Source: a bacterium (GTDB taxonomy: Bacteria; UBA8248). Taken from it: a DNA stretch of 64,000 nucleotides. Numbering within the stretch: the first letter of the stretch is position 1; the number at the start of each line of letters is the position of its first letter. A program made the translations under genes and the position numbers. Below are positions 49,705 to 61,314 of the stretch, piece by piece. The stretch spans positions 512,001-576,000 of the forward strand of contig OZ244799.1 of assembly GCA_965219955.1 (NCBI GenBank). The letters run 5' to 3'. Under the pieces are notes generated by a model, which saw only the letters and a list, made by a program, of their open reading frames with translations, made no database searches and had not been told where the DNA came from.

Positions 49705-50997
49705 ATGGCAACAACTGAAACAAAATCTCGCAGCTTGAACCTGGCGGAACTGAAGAAAAAGACCATTGGAGAGCTTAACCAGATTCTGAAGGAGTTTAGC
49801 ACCGAAAGCGCCAGCGGGCTCAGAAAACAGGATCTGATTTACAAGATACTCGAGGCGCAGTCCGACAAGGATCGCAACGGCGGCGGTGGAACCATCACCG
49901 GAGAGGGCGTGCTCGAAATCTTGCCGGACGGGTTCGGGTTCTTGCGCTCGCCCGCATACAATTATCTGCCCGGCCCTGACGATATTTACGTTTCCCCCAG
50001 TCAAATCCGCCGCTTCGATCTTCGCACCGGCGATACGGTGAGCGGTGAAATCCGCCAGCCCAAAGAGGGGGAGCGGTATTTCGCACTCCTGAAGGTCGAG
50101 AAGATCAATTTCGAACCACCCGAGGCGAGCAAGGACAAGGTTCTGTTCGACAACCTCACCCCCTTGTATCCGGACCGCAGGATACAGCTCGAAACTTCCG
50201 GCGAGGAGGTCAGTTCGCGTGTGCTTGACCTCATGACGCCGATCGGCTTCGGGCAGCGCGGCCTCATCGTCGCCGCGCCGCGGACCGGCAAGACGATGAT
50301 GCTTCAGTCCATTGCGAAGAGCATCGCGACGAACCACCCGGAAGTTCACCTGATCGTTCTGCTCATCGACGAACGCCCCGAAGAGGTCACGGACATGGAG
50401 CGCTCCGTGCGCGGGGAAGTGATTAGCTCGACCTTCGACGAGCCGGCGTCTCGCCACGTCCAGGTGGCGGACATGGTGATCGAAAAGGCGAAGAGGCTCA
50501 CCGAGCACAAACAGGACGTCGTCATCCTGCTCGATTCCATCACGCGGTTGGCGCGCGCGCACAACACCATCATCTCTCCGAGCGGCAAGGTCCTCTCCGG
50601 CGGCGTGGACTCGAACGCGCTGCAGCGGCCCAAGCGTTTCTTCGGCGCGGCGCGAAACCTGGAAGAAGGCGGCAGCCTGACCATTCTCGCCACGGCGCTG
50701 GTGGAGACGGGCAGCCGGATGGACGACGTGATTTTCGAGGAGTTCAAGGGCACGGGCAACATGGAAGTTCACCTCGACAGGAAACTCTCCGACAAGCGCG
50801 TTTTCCCCTCGGTCGACATCAACAAGTCCGGCACGAGGAAAGAGGAATTGCTGCTCAGCCCGCAGGAACTCAACCGCGTCTGGGTGTTGCGCAAGGTCTT
50901 GCAGCCGCTGGGCGTGGTGGATTCGATGGAGCTCCTGCTCGAGAAAATCCAGGAGACGAAGACCAACGAGGATTTCCTCGCCTCGATGAACAACTGA
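49705..50997 (+). CDS. rho: Transcription termination factor Rho
   Basis: [43 protein letters not shown]. Confidence 0.98.
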   Translation: MATTETKSRSLNLAELKKKTIGELNQILKEFSTESASGLRKQDLIYKILEAQSDKDRNGGGGTITGEGVLEILPDGFGFLRSPAYNYLPGPDDIYVSPSQIRRFDLRTGDTVSGEIRQPKEGERYFALLKVEKINFEPPEASKDKVLFDNLTPLYPDRRIQLETSGEEVSSRVLDLMTPIGFGQRGLIVAAPRTGKTMMLQSIAKSIATNHPEVHLIVLLIDERPEEVTDMERSVRGEVISSTFDEPASRHVQVADMVIEKAKRLTEHKQDVVILLDSITRLARAHNTIISPSGKVLSGGVDSNALQRPKRFFGAARNLEEGGSLTILATALVETGSRMDDVIFEEFKGTGNMEVHLDRKLSDKRVFPSVDINKSGTRKEELLLSPQELNRVWVLRKVLQPLGVVDSMELLLEKIQETKTNEDFLASMNN

Positions 50998-51037
50998 CGC
51001 GTTTCCCCAACTTCTTGTTTTCACCTGATTTTCGGGG

Positions 51038-51066
51038 TAGACAAGGCGCTGGAGTTTCGATATAAA
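51038..51066 (+). promoter_or_regulatory. Putative sigma70 promoter upstream of rpmE
   Basis: TAGACA-17 nt-TATAAA. Confidence 0.5.
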
Positions 51067-51191
51067 GCGCTCTCCTCGTAGGGGGGAGGGGCTGGTTTTT
51101 TATCGAAAAACCACCTCTATTTAGCGCTTTTTATCGAATTTTACGGAATTGTTTCAGACGTTTGAACCTTAAGATTTTGGAGCGTCCGGTT

Positions 51192-51827
51192 ATGAAGGCC
51201 GAGATTCATCCCGAGTTGTTCGAGTGCAAGGTCTCCTGCAGTGGTTGCGGCACCGAATTCACGACGTTCTCCACGCGCGAGCAGATACGCGTGGAGGTCT
51301 GCTCGCAGTGCCACCCGTTCTTCACGGGAAAACAGGCGCGCATCGTCGATACGGAGGGCCGCGTAGAGAAGTTCGTCAAGAAGTTCGAGGGCAAGGAGAC
51401 GCGGGTCTCCAAGCGCAAGAGAAAGCAAGCCGCCGCCGAGGAGGAGCGTGCGGCCAGGCTGGAGCGCGAGGCGAAGCTGGCCGCCGAGAAGGAGGCGGAA
51501 GAGAAGGCGCGCAGGGAAGAAGCCAGGAAGAAGCGGGCCGAGGAGCGAGCCGCCAGGCAGGCCGCCCAGGCGGCAAAAGAGCAATCCGCCGAGGCGGAAG
51601 CTCCCGCCGCCGAGGATGCTCCGCCCGCACCCGAACCGGCGGAAGCGTCCCCTGTGGCTGAAGATGCTTCACCCGGCGATGCCGGGGTGTCCGCCGCCTC
51701 CGGGGATGCCGCGCCCGAGCCTGAAACGAATGGTGCCGAGGCTGTCGCCGCTGTGGACGACGCTTCACCCGACGCATCGCCTGCGCCTGAACCTTCCGGA
51801 GAAGCCGAAAAGCCCGAGGATTCATAA
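51192..51827 (+). CDS. rpmE: 50S ribosomal protein L31 (Zn-binding type) with a long C-terminal extension
   Basis: MKAEIHP...CSGCG...[24 protein letters not shown], followed by ~140 aa of low-complexity sequence. Confidence 0.92.
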   Translation: MKAEIHPELFECKVSCSGCGTEFTTFSTREQIRVEVCSQCHPFFTGKQARIVDTEGRVEKFVKKFEGKETRVSKRKRKQAAAEEERAARLEREAKLAAEKEAEEKARREEARKKRAEERAARQAAQAAKEQSAEAEAPAAEDAPPAPEPAEASPVAEDASPGDAGVSAASGDAAPEPETNGAEAVAAVDDASPDASPAPEPSGEAEKPEDS

Positions 51828-51947
51828 GCACGGAGCCTTCCGTGTTTGCCTGGGGGCCGCCCCGGGCGGTGGTTCCTCGGCAAACGCGAATTCGTGGACC
51901 GGGGAGGATTCCGGACCACTCCATTCGCTGCCCGTCGGTTGATCCCC

Positions 51948-53039
51948 ATGTTCGAAAAAATCGAGCAAATCATCGAAAAACACCAGACGCTGGAGATGCG
52001 CCTGTCGGATCCGGCCCTGCTCAAGGATCGCAAGAAATTCGAGCAGACCGCGCGCGAGCACAAGGAACTCACCCGGGTCGTCCAGACCTATGAGGAATGG
52101 CGCGGATACGAAAGCGCCATCGAGGAGGCGAAGGTGCTTCTCGAGGACGGGGACCCGGAGATGAGCGAACTCGCCCAGGCGGAACTCGAAGACGCGGGCG
52201 CGAAGATAGAAGAAGTGGAGGAGAGGCTCCGCCGGCTCCTGCTGCCCAGGGACCCGAACGATGAGAAAAACGTCATCCTCGAAGTCCGCGCGGGCACGGG
52301 CGGGCAGGAGGCCGCGCTCTTCGCGGCCGATTTGTACCGCATGTACGTGCGCTACGCCGAACTCCAGGGCTGGAAGGCGGAGGAGTTGAGCAAGAGCGAG
52401 AGCGACCTGGGCGGCTTGAAGGAAGTATCGGCGCTCATCAGGGGGGCGGGCGCCTACAGCCGCCTGCGCTATGAGAGCGGAACGCATCGCGTCCAGCGGG
52501 TGCCCGTCACCGAGACGCAGGGCAGAATCCACACCTCCGCCGCCACGGTGGCCGTGCTGCCCGAAGCGGACGAGATTGCGCTCGACATCGGCGAGAAGGA
52601 CTTGCGGATCGACGTCTACCGCTCCTCGGGCCCGGGGGGCCAGAGCGTGAACACGACCGATTCCGCCGTCCGCATCACCCATGTGCCCACCGGCCTCGTC
52701 GTCACCTGCCAGGACGAGAAGAGCCAGCACAAAAACCGCGCCAAGGCCATGAAGATCCTCTCGGCCCATCTGCTGGACATGGAAATCCAGAAGCAGATGT
52801 CCGAGCGTTCCGCGCAACGCAAAAGCCTCGTGGGCAGCGGGGACAGGAGCGAGCGGATCAGGACTTACAACTTCCCCCAGGACAGGATTACCGATCACCG
52901 CATCGGCCTCACCCTCCACGGTCTTCCCGGCTTCATGGAAGGCGGCATCGACGAGATGGTCAAGCGGGTGATAGAGAGCCGCGAGGCGGAGCGTCTGGCC
53001 GAACTGGAAGAAAGCACGGAAGCCCATCCCGCGGAATGA
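51948..53039 (+). CDS. prfA: Peptide chain release factor 1
   Basis: PVT specificity loop (QRVPVTE), GGQ, and [12 protein letters not shown]. Confidence 0.97.
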   Translation: MFEKIEQIIEKHQTLEMRLSDPALLKDRKKFEQTAREHKELTRVVQTYEEWRGYESAIEEAKVLLEDGDPEMSELAQAELEDAGAKIEEVEERLRRLLLPRDPNDEKNVILEVRAGTGGQEAALFAADLYRMYVRYAELQGWKAEELSKSESDLGGLKEVSALIRGAGAYSRLRYESGTHRVQRVPVTETQGRIHTSAATVAVLPEADEIALDIGEKDLRIDVYRSSGPGGQSVNTTDSAVRITHVPTGLVVTCQDEKSQHKNRAKAMKILSAHLLDMEIQKQMSERSAQRKSLVGSGDRSERIRTYNFPQDRITDHRIGLTLHGLPGFMEGGIDEMVKRVIESREAERLAELEESTEAHPAE

Positions 53040-53932
53040 CGACTTCTCCTCCTGCGGCGCAAAGCGAAACCGAAACCGGAACAAAAGTGTGCGCTCTGCT
53101 CTCCCGTCTGGAGAAGCGGTTCGCCGGGGCGGGCGTGGATTCGCCGGGGCTGGATGCGCGGCTCATCCTGGCTATGGTATTAGGCTGCGACAGGGCGCAT
53201 CTCCACGCGCATCCCGAAAAAATGGTTGTCCCGGAGGAACTCGCGCGGGTCGAGTCCCTGGCGCAAAGGAGAATGGCCCGCGAACCGATGGCCTACATCA
53301 TGGGCGAGCGGGAGTTCTGGTCCATGTCTCTTCTCGTCTCGCCCGGCGTGCTGATCCCAAGGCCCGAAACCGAGTTGCTCGTCGAGCGCGCCGTGGCGCT
53401 TTCGGGAAAGAAAGGACAAAGCAGGATATTGGACTTGTGCGCGGGTAGCGGCGCGGTGGGGCTGGCGGTCGCGAGTGAATTGACTGAGGCGCAAGTCACT
53501 CTGCTCGACCTCTGCCCGAAGGCGCTTGGGGTGGCGAGGCGAAACGCGGAGAGGCTCGGGTTTGGAAGTCGAACGGGTTTGCTGGTCTCGGATTTGTTTG
53601 GTGCGCTTGCAAAAGGAGACGAGTTCGACCTGATCGTCTCGAACCCGCCCTACGTGGCCACGGGCGAACTGGACGGCTTGATGCCCGAAGTTTCATCGTT
53701 CGAGCCCAGGCTCGCGCTGGACGGCGGCGCGGACGGGATGGACCTCATCCGGCGCATCATCGAGGAGGCGCCCGCATATCTGGCGCGCGGGGGTTTCCTG
53801 CTGATCGAGATGGACCCGCGCCAGATGGCCGTGGCGGAGGCTTTTTCGGAAGAACAGGGGAGTTACCGCTCTGCGAGACGCCATAATGATCTCGCGGGGC
53901 GCGAGAGGGTTTTGGAACTCAAGAGGGCTTAG
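53036..53932 (+). CDS. prmC: Release factor glutamine methyltransferase
   Basis: [19 protein letters not shown]. Confidence 0.96.
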   Translation: MTTSPPAAQSETETGTKVCALLSRLEKRFAGAGVDSPGLDARLILAMVLGCDRAHLHAHPEKMVVPEELARVESLAQRRMAREPMAYIMGEREFWSMSLLVSPGVLIPRPETELLVERAVALSGKKGQSRILDLCAGSGAVGLAVASELTEAQVTLLDLCPKALGVARRNAERLGFGSRTGLLVSDLFGALAKGDEFDLIVSNPPYVATGELDGLMPEVSSFEPRLALDGGADGMDLIRRIIEEAPAYLARGGFLLIEMDPRQMAVAEAFSEEQGSYRSARRHNDLAGRERVLELKRA

Positions 53933-53935
53933 GTT

Positions 53936-55195
53936 GTGGAGCGATTCCGTATCCGTGGAGGCAGGCCGCTGCGCGGCGAGACCGGGGCGTCGGGCTCCAA
54001 GAACGCCTCTTTGCCGATCCTGGCCGCCGCCATCCTGGCCGATGGCGTAAGCCGTGCGCGGCGAGTGCCTGACTTGCGCGACACGAACACGATTCTGGGG
54101 CTTCTGGGCGAGTTCGGCGTAAAGACGCGCCAGGAATCGCCCGGGCGCATCTCCCTGGACGCCACGAACATCACCGGCGGCGTCGCGCCCTATGAACTGG
54201 TGCAGGCGATGCGGGCCTCCATCCTGGTGCTGGGGCCACTGCTCGCGCGCTTCGGCTCGGCCCGCGTCTCCCTGCCGGGCGGCTGCGCCATCGGGGCGAG
54301 GCCCATCGATCAGCACCTGAAGGGCCTGAGCGCGATGGGGGCGGAGATCGAGATAGAACAGGGCTACATCGAGGCCAGGGCCCGGAAACTCACCGGAGCG
54401 CGCATCTCGTTCGACTTGACGACGGTGACGGGGACGAAGAACCTGATGATGGCGGCCTGCCTGGCGAAAGGCGTCACCGTTCTCGAGAATGCCGCTCTGG
54501 AGCCCGAGGTGGTCGCGCTCGCGGATTTGTTGAACCGGATGGGCGCCAGGGTGAGCGGCGCGGGCACGCCTGTTATCGAGATCGAGGGGGTGGATTCCCT
54601 GGCGGGCTACGACGTGGCCGTTCCCGCGGACCGCATCGAGGTGGGAACCCTCATGATAGCGGCGGCCATCACGGGTGGGGATTTGAGGATAACGAATTGT
54701 GAGCCGGAGCAGGTGCATGCGCTGGCGCTCAAGCTGAGCGAGGCCGGTCTGGAAGTGTCGGAAGGCGCGGACTGGATTCGCGTGCGGAGCGACGGCTCCG
54801 TGCGGCCCGTGAACGTGAAGACGGCGCCCTATCCGGGGTTCCCCACGGATCTGCAGGCGCAGTTCATGGCGCTCATGACGCTGGCCGGCGGGACCTGCGT
54901 GCTGACGGAGACCATCTTTGAGAATCGCTTCATGCACGCCGCCGAACTCGCCAGAATGAACGCGCGGATTCATATCGACGGCCGGACGGCGCACATCGAG
55001 GGCGTGGCGCATCTCGCCGGCGCCTCGGTGACGGCGACCGACCTGAGGGCGAGCGCATCGCTCGTTCTGGCGGGTCTGGCGGCGGATGGAGAAACCGTCG
55101 TTCGCAACGTATATCATATCGACAGGGGGTATCAGCGGCTCGAGGAGAGGCTGAGGGAACTCGGCGCGGATATCCGGCGCGAAGTGGAGTCGTGA
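53936..55195 (+). CDS. murA: UDP-N-acetylglucosamine 1-carboxyvinyltransferase
   Basis: [38 protein letters not shown]. Confidence 0.97.
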   Translation: MERFRIRGGRPLRGETGASGSKNASLPILAAAILADGVSRARRVPDLRDTNTILGLLGEFGVKTRQESPGRISLDATNITGGVAPYELVQAMRASILVLGPLLARFGSARVSLPGGCAIGARPIDQHLKGLSAMGAEIEIEQGYIEARARKLTGARISFDLTTVTGTKNLMMAACLAKGVTVLENAALEPEVVALADLLNRMGARVSGAGTPVIEIEGVDSLAGYDVAVPADRIEVGTLMIAAAITGGDLRITNCEPEQVHALALKLSEAGLEVSEGADWIRVRSDGSVRPVNVKTAPYPGFPTDLQAQFMALMTLAGGTCVLTETIFENRFMHAAELARMNARIHIDGRTAHIEGVAHLAGASVTATDLRASASLVLAGLAADGETVVRNVYHIDRGYQRLEERLRELGADIRREVES

Positions 55196-55902
55196 TGAAA
55201 GAGAACCGGGAAAAAGAATTGATCATCGCCCTGCCCAAGGGCAGAATTTTCTCTGAAGCCACCGAATGTCTGGTGAAGGCGGGAGTTTTGTCCAAACCGA
55301 TATCGGACAAGTCCCGAAAGCTCATCCTTTGGGATCCCAAAACGGGGATCCGCGTCCTGATCCTCAGGAACCACGACGTGCCCATCTACGTGGAGCGCGG
55401 GGCCGCCGATTTGGGCGTCATCGGGCGCGACGTGCTGCTCGAACAGGGGCGCGACGTATACGAACCCCTGGATTTGAACATGGCCCCGTGCCGCCTCATG
55501 GTGGCGGCGCCCGAGGGAATGACCTGGGCGGACCTGAGCGGGCGGATATCGCTTCGCGTGGCGACGAAGTTTCCCGCCATTACCACCCGGTTTTTCGAGC
55601 GGATGGGGGTTCAGGCCAAGATCATCCGGCTCTACGGAAACGTGGAGATCGCCCCCGCCACGGGCGTGGCGGACCTGGTTGTGGATCTGGTGGACACCGG
55701 CGGGACGCTTCGGGCCAACGGGCTGGCGCCGATTCGTGAGATATTCAGCGCGACCGCCAGGCTCATCGCCAACCGTGCGAGCCTGAAGACGAACTACAAG
55801 AAGGTGAGCGCGATCATCGAACAGCTGAAAGGGGTGATACCCCCCGCCGTGAACGGCATGGGCAACGGCGCGAAGGGGCCGTCCCGAAAGGAGAAGGCGT
55901 GA
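55195..55902 (+). CDS. hisG: ATP phosphoribosyltransferase, short form
   Basis: IALPKGR, VATKF, GNVEIAP, DLVDTGGTLRANGL; no C-terminal regulatory domain. Confidence 0.95.
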   Translation: MKENREKELIIALPKGRIFSEATECLVKAGVLSKPISDKSRKLILWDPKTGIRVLILRNHDVPIYVERGAADLGVIGRDVLLEQGRDVYEPLDLNMAPCRLMVAAPEGMTWADLSGRISLRVATKFPAITTRFFERMGVQAKIIRLYGNVEIAPATGVADLVVDLVDTGGTLRANGLAPIREIFSATARLIANRASLKTNYKKVSAIIEQLKGVIPPAVNGMGNGAKGPSRKEKA

Positions 55903-57194
55903 GGCGCTTCGGCTACGGGGCGGAGAATTTCGCCGCGGAGGTCGAGCGCCTCTCCCTGGGCGGGGAGGATGCGTTTTCCCGCGTCGAGGGGGACGTGCGC
56001 GCGATTATCGAGCGCGTCCGCGCGGAGGGCGATGACGCGCTTATCGCACTGACACAGGCGTTCGACGGCGTTTCCCTGGACGCCGGGAGCCTCGTCGTCG
56101 GTCAGGAAGAGATGGCGCGCGCACTCGATGCGCTGCCGTCCGAGACGCTGGACGCCCTGAAGCTCGCCGAGGAGCGGATCCGCGCGTTTCACGAGGCGCA
56201 GGTTCCTCAGGCGATCACGACCGGGCAAACACCCGGCGAGCGGCTCTCGCTCGAACCCACACCGCTCGCAAGCGTGGGTCTCTATGCGCCCGGCGGCACG
56301 GCGGCCTATCCCTCCACCGTGCTCATGAACGCGACTCCCGCGCGCGCCGCGGGCGTGGACGAGTTGGTTCTGTGTACGCCGCCGGGCCCGGACGGCGAGG
56401 TGCCCGCCGCCGTGCTGGCGGCGGCTTCCCTGGCGGGTCTCGAACGCGTCGTGCGCGTGGGCGGCGCGCAGGCGGTCGCCGCGATGGCCTACGGCACGCA
56501 GAGCGTCCCCCGCGTGGACAAGATAGTGGGGCCGGGCAACGTCTACGTCGCCGCCGCCAAGCGCATCGTGCGAGGGCGCGTGGAAATCGATAAAGAGGCC
56601 GGCCCGAGCGAGGTGGTCGTGCTCATCGACGATGCGGCCCTGGCCGCGTGGGCGGCGGCGGACCTGCTCGCCCAGGCCGAGCACGACTCACAAGCCATGG
56701 CGGTGGGCGTCTGCGTGGGCGCGCAGGTGGCCGACGCCCTGGAGGGGGAAGTGGAAAGCCAGTTGCGCTCAGCCGCAAGGAGCGGGGAGATTGCGCAGGC
56801 TCTGGAGAATCGCGGCGCCGTCATCGAGGTGGCATCGCGCGGAGAGGCGCTTGCGGTGGCGGAGATGCTCGCGCCCGAGCACCTGGAGATATTGATGGAG
56901 AGCGCGGAGGAGGCGGCGAAAGGCATTCGCAATGCCGGCGCGGTGTTCTGCGGGCCGTGGAGCCCGGTTGCCCTGGGCGATTACGTCGCAGGCCCCAACC
57001 ACGTGCTTCCCACGGGCGGCGCGGCGCGCTACGCCTCGCCGCTCGGCGTGTATGACTTCATCAAGTGGACGAGCAAGGTGTGTTTCGATGCGGAGGCCGC
57101 GGCGCGGCTGGCCGAACCCGCGGCGCGGCTCGCCGATCTCGAAGGCCTGCCCGCCCACGCGCGGGCCCTGCGCCTGAGGCGCGGCGCATCCTGA
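55899..57194 (+). CDS. hisD: Histidinol dehydrogenase
   Basis: GLYAPGG, GGAQA, GPGN, AGPSE, QAEHD, APEHL, GDY.AGPNHVLPT. Confidence 0.97.
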   Translation: MRRFGYGAENFAAEVERLSLGGEDAFSRVEGDVRAIIERVRAEGDDALIALTQAFDGVSLDAGSLVVGQEEMARALDALPSETLDALKLAEERIRAFHEAQVPQAITTGQTPGERLSLEPTPLASVGLYAPGGTAAYPSTVLMNATPARAAGVDELVLCTPPGPDGEVPAAVLAAASLAGLERVVRVGGAQAVAAMAYGTQSVPRVDKIVGPGNVYVAAAKRIVRGRVEIDKEAGPSEVVVLIDDAALAAWAAADLLAQAEHDSQAMAVGVCVGAQVADALEGEVESQLRSAARSGEIAQALENRGAVIEVASRGEALAVAEMLAPEHLEILMESAEEAAKGIRNAGAVFCGPWSPVALGDYVAGPNHVLPTGGAARYASPLGVYDFIKWTSKVCFDAEAAARLAEPAARLADLEGLPAHARALRLRRGAS

Positions 57195-57478
57195 GGGGTT
57201 GTTGAAAAGCATCCTCGATCGGAATTCACCCTTCCTTCATCCCGAGTAGGCGCGCTTTTGCGCGCCGTATCGAGGGTTTGACCCGACCGAGGAGGTAGGG
57301 TCAAACCTTCGATACGCGGCTTCGCCGCTACTCAGGGTGAGGCGATCAAAAAACACCCTCATCCCGAGTAGGCCCGTAAGGGCCGTATCGAGGGACGCAG
57401 GAAACAGCTTTCCTGTCCCCTGCGCCGTGAACCCCCCAACCCTCCTCGGTCGGCATTGATTGCCGGAATGACGACTAA
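57195..57478. repeat. REP-like repeat cluster downstream of hisD
   Basis: GGGGTTGTTGAAAAG directly after the stop; CATCCCGAGTAGG...GTATCGAGGG units; ends in CCGGAATGACG. Confidence 0.72.
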
Positions 57479-59213
57479 CCCGGATATTTCACCGACAAAT
57501 GGCATGGGGCCTCTGAATGTCGGATAATGTGAGTTGTCTCAATAACTTACACCCGTCCGACAGAGAGGCCCCATGGATACGCATTGTACACCGGAACAAC
57601 TTCACTTTCACCCCCACGGAAGACGCGAGGTCATCGCCCGATTCGACGGCGGACGGATCACGTCGGACGCCGGCGGGGTGCTGCTTCGCGAGACGGATCT
57701 CCGCCTGGGTCTGATGGCTCGTCTGGCGCGGTGTTTTCGTGATTGCCGCAAGCCCGGCAGCGTGGAGCACCCGGTGCGCTCGCTGGCGGCGCAGCGGGTG
57801 TACGCGCTGGCGCTGGGCTACGAGGACCTGAACGACCACGAGGATTTGCGCCGCGACAGGTTGCTGGCGCTGCTGGTGGGCAAGCGGGACCTGACGGGAG
57901 CCGGGCGGGTTCGCCTTCGGGACCGCGGCTCTCCGCTGGCCGCATCGAGTACGCTGAACCGCCTGGAGTTGGGCGGCGCCGAGGCGGCGACGGATCGCTA
58001 CAAGCGCATCGCTGCGGACTTCGAGGCGATGGACCGCCTGCTGGTGGACGTGTTCATGGAGTCTTACGCCGAACCGCCCGAAGAGATATGGCTGGACCTC
58101 GACGCCACGGACGACCCCCTGCACGGTCGCCAGGAGGGGCGCTTCTTCCACGGCTATTACGGCCGCTACTGTTATCTGCCGCTCTACGTCTTCTGCGGCG
58201 CGCATCTGCTGTGCGCGCGGCTGCGCCGCTCGAACGTCGACGCCTCGGCCGGCAGCGAGGAGGAGTTGGCGCGGATCGTGGCGCAGGTCCGCAGGCGCTG
58301 GCCGCGTACGCGGGTCGTGGTTCGCGGCGACTCGGGTTTTTGCCGCGAGCCGTTGATGCGCTGGTGCGAGGAGAACGGCGTCGGCTACGTGTTCGGCATG
58401 GCGCGCAACGCGCGGCTGGTGCGGGCGATTGGCCGGGACCTCTACCGGGCCGAGGTCGTCTGTCGCCGCACGGGTGAGCCGGCGCGCCGGTATCGCGACT
58501 TCCGCTATCGAACGCGCAAGAGCTGGTCCAGAACCCGCCGGGTGGTGGGCAAGGCGCAATACCTGCCCAGGGGGGCGAACCCGCGGTTCGTGGTCACCAA
58601 TCTCCGCCCCCGGCGGGCCGGCGCCAGACGCCTCTACGAAGAACTCTACTGCGCCCGGGGAGAGATGGAGAACCGCATCAAGGAACAGCAACTCGGCCTG
58701 TTCGCCGACCGCACCAGCAGCGCCACCATGAGGGCCAATCAGTTGCGGCTCTACTTCGCCTCCTTCGCCTACGTCCTGATGCACGGACTCCGGCGCCTGG
58801 GGCTGGCGGGCACGACATGCGCCAGGGCCCAGTGCGCAACGATCCGGCTGAAACTGCTCAAGATCGGCGCCCGCGTGAGGGTCAGCGTGCGCAAGGTCCG
58901 GCTGTCTATCTCCGAGGCCTGGCCCCATGCGGCGCTCTTCGAAAAGGTAGTGAACAACCTGCGTACGCACCCGCCCTGGCCGACGGCGGGGGAGAGTGAC
59001 TGAGCGTAGAATCGGAGCGACATAGGTTGCCGCAGCGGGAAACCTGCGCCTGCGCGTCGGCCGGCACTCCCCGAAAGCCTTCGAAATCGACGAAAAAGCG
59101 CCGCTCGGGCGCCGTGCGTCATCGTATCGCGCCGACGAAGAAGGCCGCCTCCCGAATCAAGCCGTCCACGACTTCAAATCAGGCCGTTCCAAAGCCTCGG
59201 TGAAATATCCGGG
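57479..59213 (+). mobile_element. Complete IS1380-family insertion sequence (1735 bp)
   Basis: Perfect 17-bp terminal inverted repeats CCCGGATATTTCACCGA (57479-57495) / TCGGTGAAATATCCGGG (59197-59213). A 4-bp target duplication CTAA lies on both sides. Confidence 0.93.
57573..59003 (+). CDS. IS1380-family DDE transposase
   Basis: FDGGRITSDAG, GYEDLNDH, LDLDATDD, RGDSGF, RGEMENRIKE. Confidence 0.95.
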   Translation: MDTHCTPEQLHFHPHGRREVIARFDGGRITSDAGGVLLRETDLRLGLMARLARCFRDCRKPGSVEHPVRSLAAQRVYALALGYEDLNDHEDLRRDRLLALLVGKRDLTGAGRVRLRDRGSPLAASSTLNRLELGGAEAATDRYKRIAADFEAMDRLLVDVFMESYAEPPEEIWLDLDATDDPLHGRQEGRFFHGYYGRYCYLPLYVFCGAHLLCARLRRSNVDASAGSEEELARIVAQVRRRWPRTRVVVRGDSGFCREPLMRWCEENGVGYVFGMARNARLVRAIGRDLYRAEVVCRRTGEPARRYRDFRYRTRKSWSRTRRVVGKAQYLPRGANPRFVVTNLRPRRAGARRLYEELYCARGEMENRIKEQQLGLFADRTSSATMRANQLRLYFASFAYVLMHGLRRLGLAGTTCARAQCATIRLKLLKIGARVRVSVRKVRLSISEAWPHAALFEKVVNNLRTHPPWPTAGESD

Positions 59214-59260
59214 CTAAAACCCGAAACCGGTTGGAGGCGCAGGCTCTAGCCTTGAAAAGC

Positions 59261-59584
59261 AACCCCCCTACCCCCCTTAACAAGGGGGTAAAAGCGATGC
59301 CCCTCGACGAGAGGGTGGAAGAAAAGCCCCCCTGCAAGGGGTTGTTGCAAAAGCTCCGTGGAGCGATTTTGGGGATTCAGGCAACTGACGAGAGAGAAGA
59401 AATCACTCCCCCCTTCAGGGGGTTGTTGAAAAAGCCCCAAACGGTGAGGGGACGATGTTTTTGTAGGGACAGGCCTCCGTGCCTGTCCAGACGAAGGACA
59501 ACCACGAAGAGCAGGACAGGCACGGAGGCCTGTCCCTACGGCGAACGATCTTGAGGGTCGGACAGGACTTTTTCAACAGTTCCC
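59261..59584. repeat. Stacked REP-like palindromes plus a MITE-like copy (59418-59584)
   Basis: AACCCCCCTACCCCCCTTAACAAGGGGG; two GGGGTTGTTG(C/A)AAAA starts; GTAG-REP pair; TTTTTCAACAGTTCCC. Confidence 0.78.
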
Positions 59585-59681
59585 TGAGGGGGCGCTGGCG
59601 GGGCGGGCGCGGATCAAGCATAATCGCACTGCCGAAAGGCGGCGTTTTCACAGGAATTTTCCATCCGCCGGGAGAGAGAAG

Positions 59682-60284
59682 GTGGCCTCGAAAGCCGGAG
59701 AGAGAAAAGCGCGCGTGAGCAGAAAGACGAAGGAGACCGACTTCACCGTCGCCGTCAACCTCGACGGCGCGGGAGAGGCCGAAATCAATACGGGCCTCGG
59801 TTTCTTCGATCACATGCTCGCCCAGATCGCCCGCCACGGGCTGGTGGATTTGACCGTCCGCGGCAAGGGAGACCTCGACGTCGACGGCCACCACACGGTG
59901 GAGGACGTGGGCATCATCCTGGGGCGGACGCTGGCGAAGGCGCTCGGAGACCGGGCGGGCATCACCCGCTACGCCGACGTGCGCCTGCCCATGATGGACG
60001 CGCTCGTTCACGTGGCGGCGGATTTCGGCGGCAGGGGAAACCTCGTCTTCCGCGCCGCGTTCCCCGAAGCCCGGATTGGCGAGTTCGACACCGCGCTCGT
60101 GCGCGAGTTCTTCTGGTCGGTGGCCACCCACGCGGGCGTCGACCTCCACGTCGAGGTCTGCTACGGGGACAACAGCCACCACATGGTCGAAGCCGTGTTC
60201 AAGGGCTTCGCGCGGGCGCTGCGAGCGGGCGTCGCGCTCGACCCGAGGGATGAGAGCGTGCCCAGCACCAAGGGCGTTTTATGA
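59682..60284 (+). CDS. hisB: Imidazoleglycerol-phosphate dehydratase
   Basis: [31 protein letters not shown]. Confidence 0.97.
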   Translation: MASKAGERKARVSRKTKETDFTVAVNLDGAGEAEINTGLGFFDHMLAQIARHGLVDLTVRGKGDLDVDGHHTVEDVGIILGRTLAKALGDRAGITRYADVRLPMMDALVHVAADFGGRGNLVFRAAFPEARIGEFDTALVREFFWSVATHAGVDLHVEVCYGDNSHHMVEAVFKGFARALRAGVALDPRDESVPSTKGVL

Positions 60285-60311
60285 CGAGGCCTTTTGAGGT
60301 TCCGTCATCAT

Positions 60312-60636
60312 GGGGTTGTTGAGAAACCCGCATGAATCGGGTTTGATTTGTAGGGGACGCATACGGACCTGTTGAAAAAGTCACGTCTCTATCTCTACCG
60401 CGCAGGTGGCCATAAAACCTCATCCTGAGTAGGCGCGAAAGCGCCGTATCGAAGGATGGGAAGCGTCTCCCAGCGTGCGAGAGGGCGTCCTTCGATACGC
60501 CGCCTTCGGCGGCTACTCAGGATGAGGAAGGTGTGGGCAGAGCTTGTCCCGAGCGAAGTCGAGGGAGCCTGTACTGAGCCTGTCGAAGGGCCGCTACTCA
60601 GGATGAGGGAGATGCGAGGGCTTTTTCAACAGCCCC
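60312..60636. repeat. TIR-bounded REP cassette between hisB and hisH
   Basis: GGGGTTGTTGAGAAA...TTTTTCAACAGCCCC; internal CCTCATCCTGAGTAG...CTACTCAGGATGAGG. Confidence 0.78.
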
Positions 60637-60651
60637 GGTAGGAGGAGCAGA

Positions 60652-61314
60652 ATGACTGGCGATATCGTCGTGGTCGACTACGGCATGGGAAACATCCTGA
60701 GCGTGAGGAACGCTCTGGCCAAAATCGGCGCTGAGGCGGTGCTGAGCGATGATCCGGAAATCCTGGAGGCGGCGGGGGGCGTCATCCTGCCCGGCATAGG
60801 CGGTTTTCCGGATTGCATGCGGGCCCTGGAGGAAGCCGGCCTCACCGGGCCGTTGCGCCACGTCATCGAGCGGGGCGTCCCCTACCTCGGGATATGCCTC
60901 GGCCTACAGATTCTTTTCGAGGAAAGCGAGGAGTTCGGCGCCACGCCGGGCTTGGGAATCCTGCCCGGTCGCGTGCGGCGCTTCCCCGAGGGGATGACCG
61001 AAAACGGCGGCGCGCTGCCTCTCAAGGTTCCGCACATGGGCTGGAACCAGCCTGAGTTTCAGAACCACTCCCCGATTCTTGAAGGCGTGCCGAGCGGGGC
61101 GCATTTCTATTTCGTCCACTCCTACTATGCGGAGCCCTCGGAAGCGGCGCGGCCCTGGATTGCGGCGACGTGCGATTTCGGCGTGCCCTTCATCGCCAGC
61201 GTTCATCGGGAAAACCTCTTCGCCACCCAGTTCCACCCCGAAAAAAGCGGCGCGCTCGGTTTGGGGATTTTAAGGAAATTCGTCGAAATCTGCCGCGAGC
61301 GCGAAGCCTCGTAG
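60652..61314 (+). CDS. hisH: Imidazole glycerol phosphate synthase, glutaminase subunit
   Basis: DYGMGN, GICLG, VPHMGWN, YFVHSY, QFHPEKS. Confidence 0.97.
   Translation: MTGDIVVVDYGMGNILSVRNALAKIGAEAVLSDDPEILEAAGGVILPGIGGFPDCMRALEEAGLTGPLRHVIERGVPYLGICLGLQILFEESEEFGATPGLGILPGRVRRFPEGMTENGGALPLKVPHMGWNQPEFQNHSPILEGVPSGAHFYFVHSYYAEPSEAARPWIAATCDFGVPFIASVHRENLFATQFHPEKSGALGLGILRKFVEICREREAS

Noticed and set aside
54420-54450. MurA reads TVTGTKN where TVTGTEN is usual
   Set aside because: A single-base difference that could be a sequencing error or tolerated variant; the catalytic Cys motif is intact.
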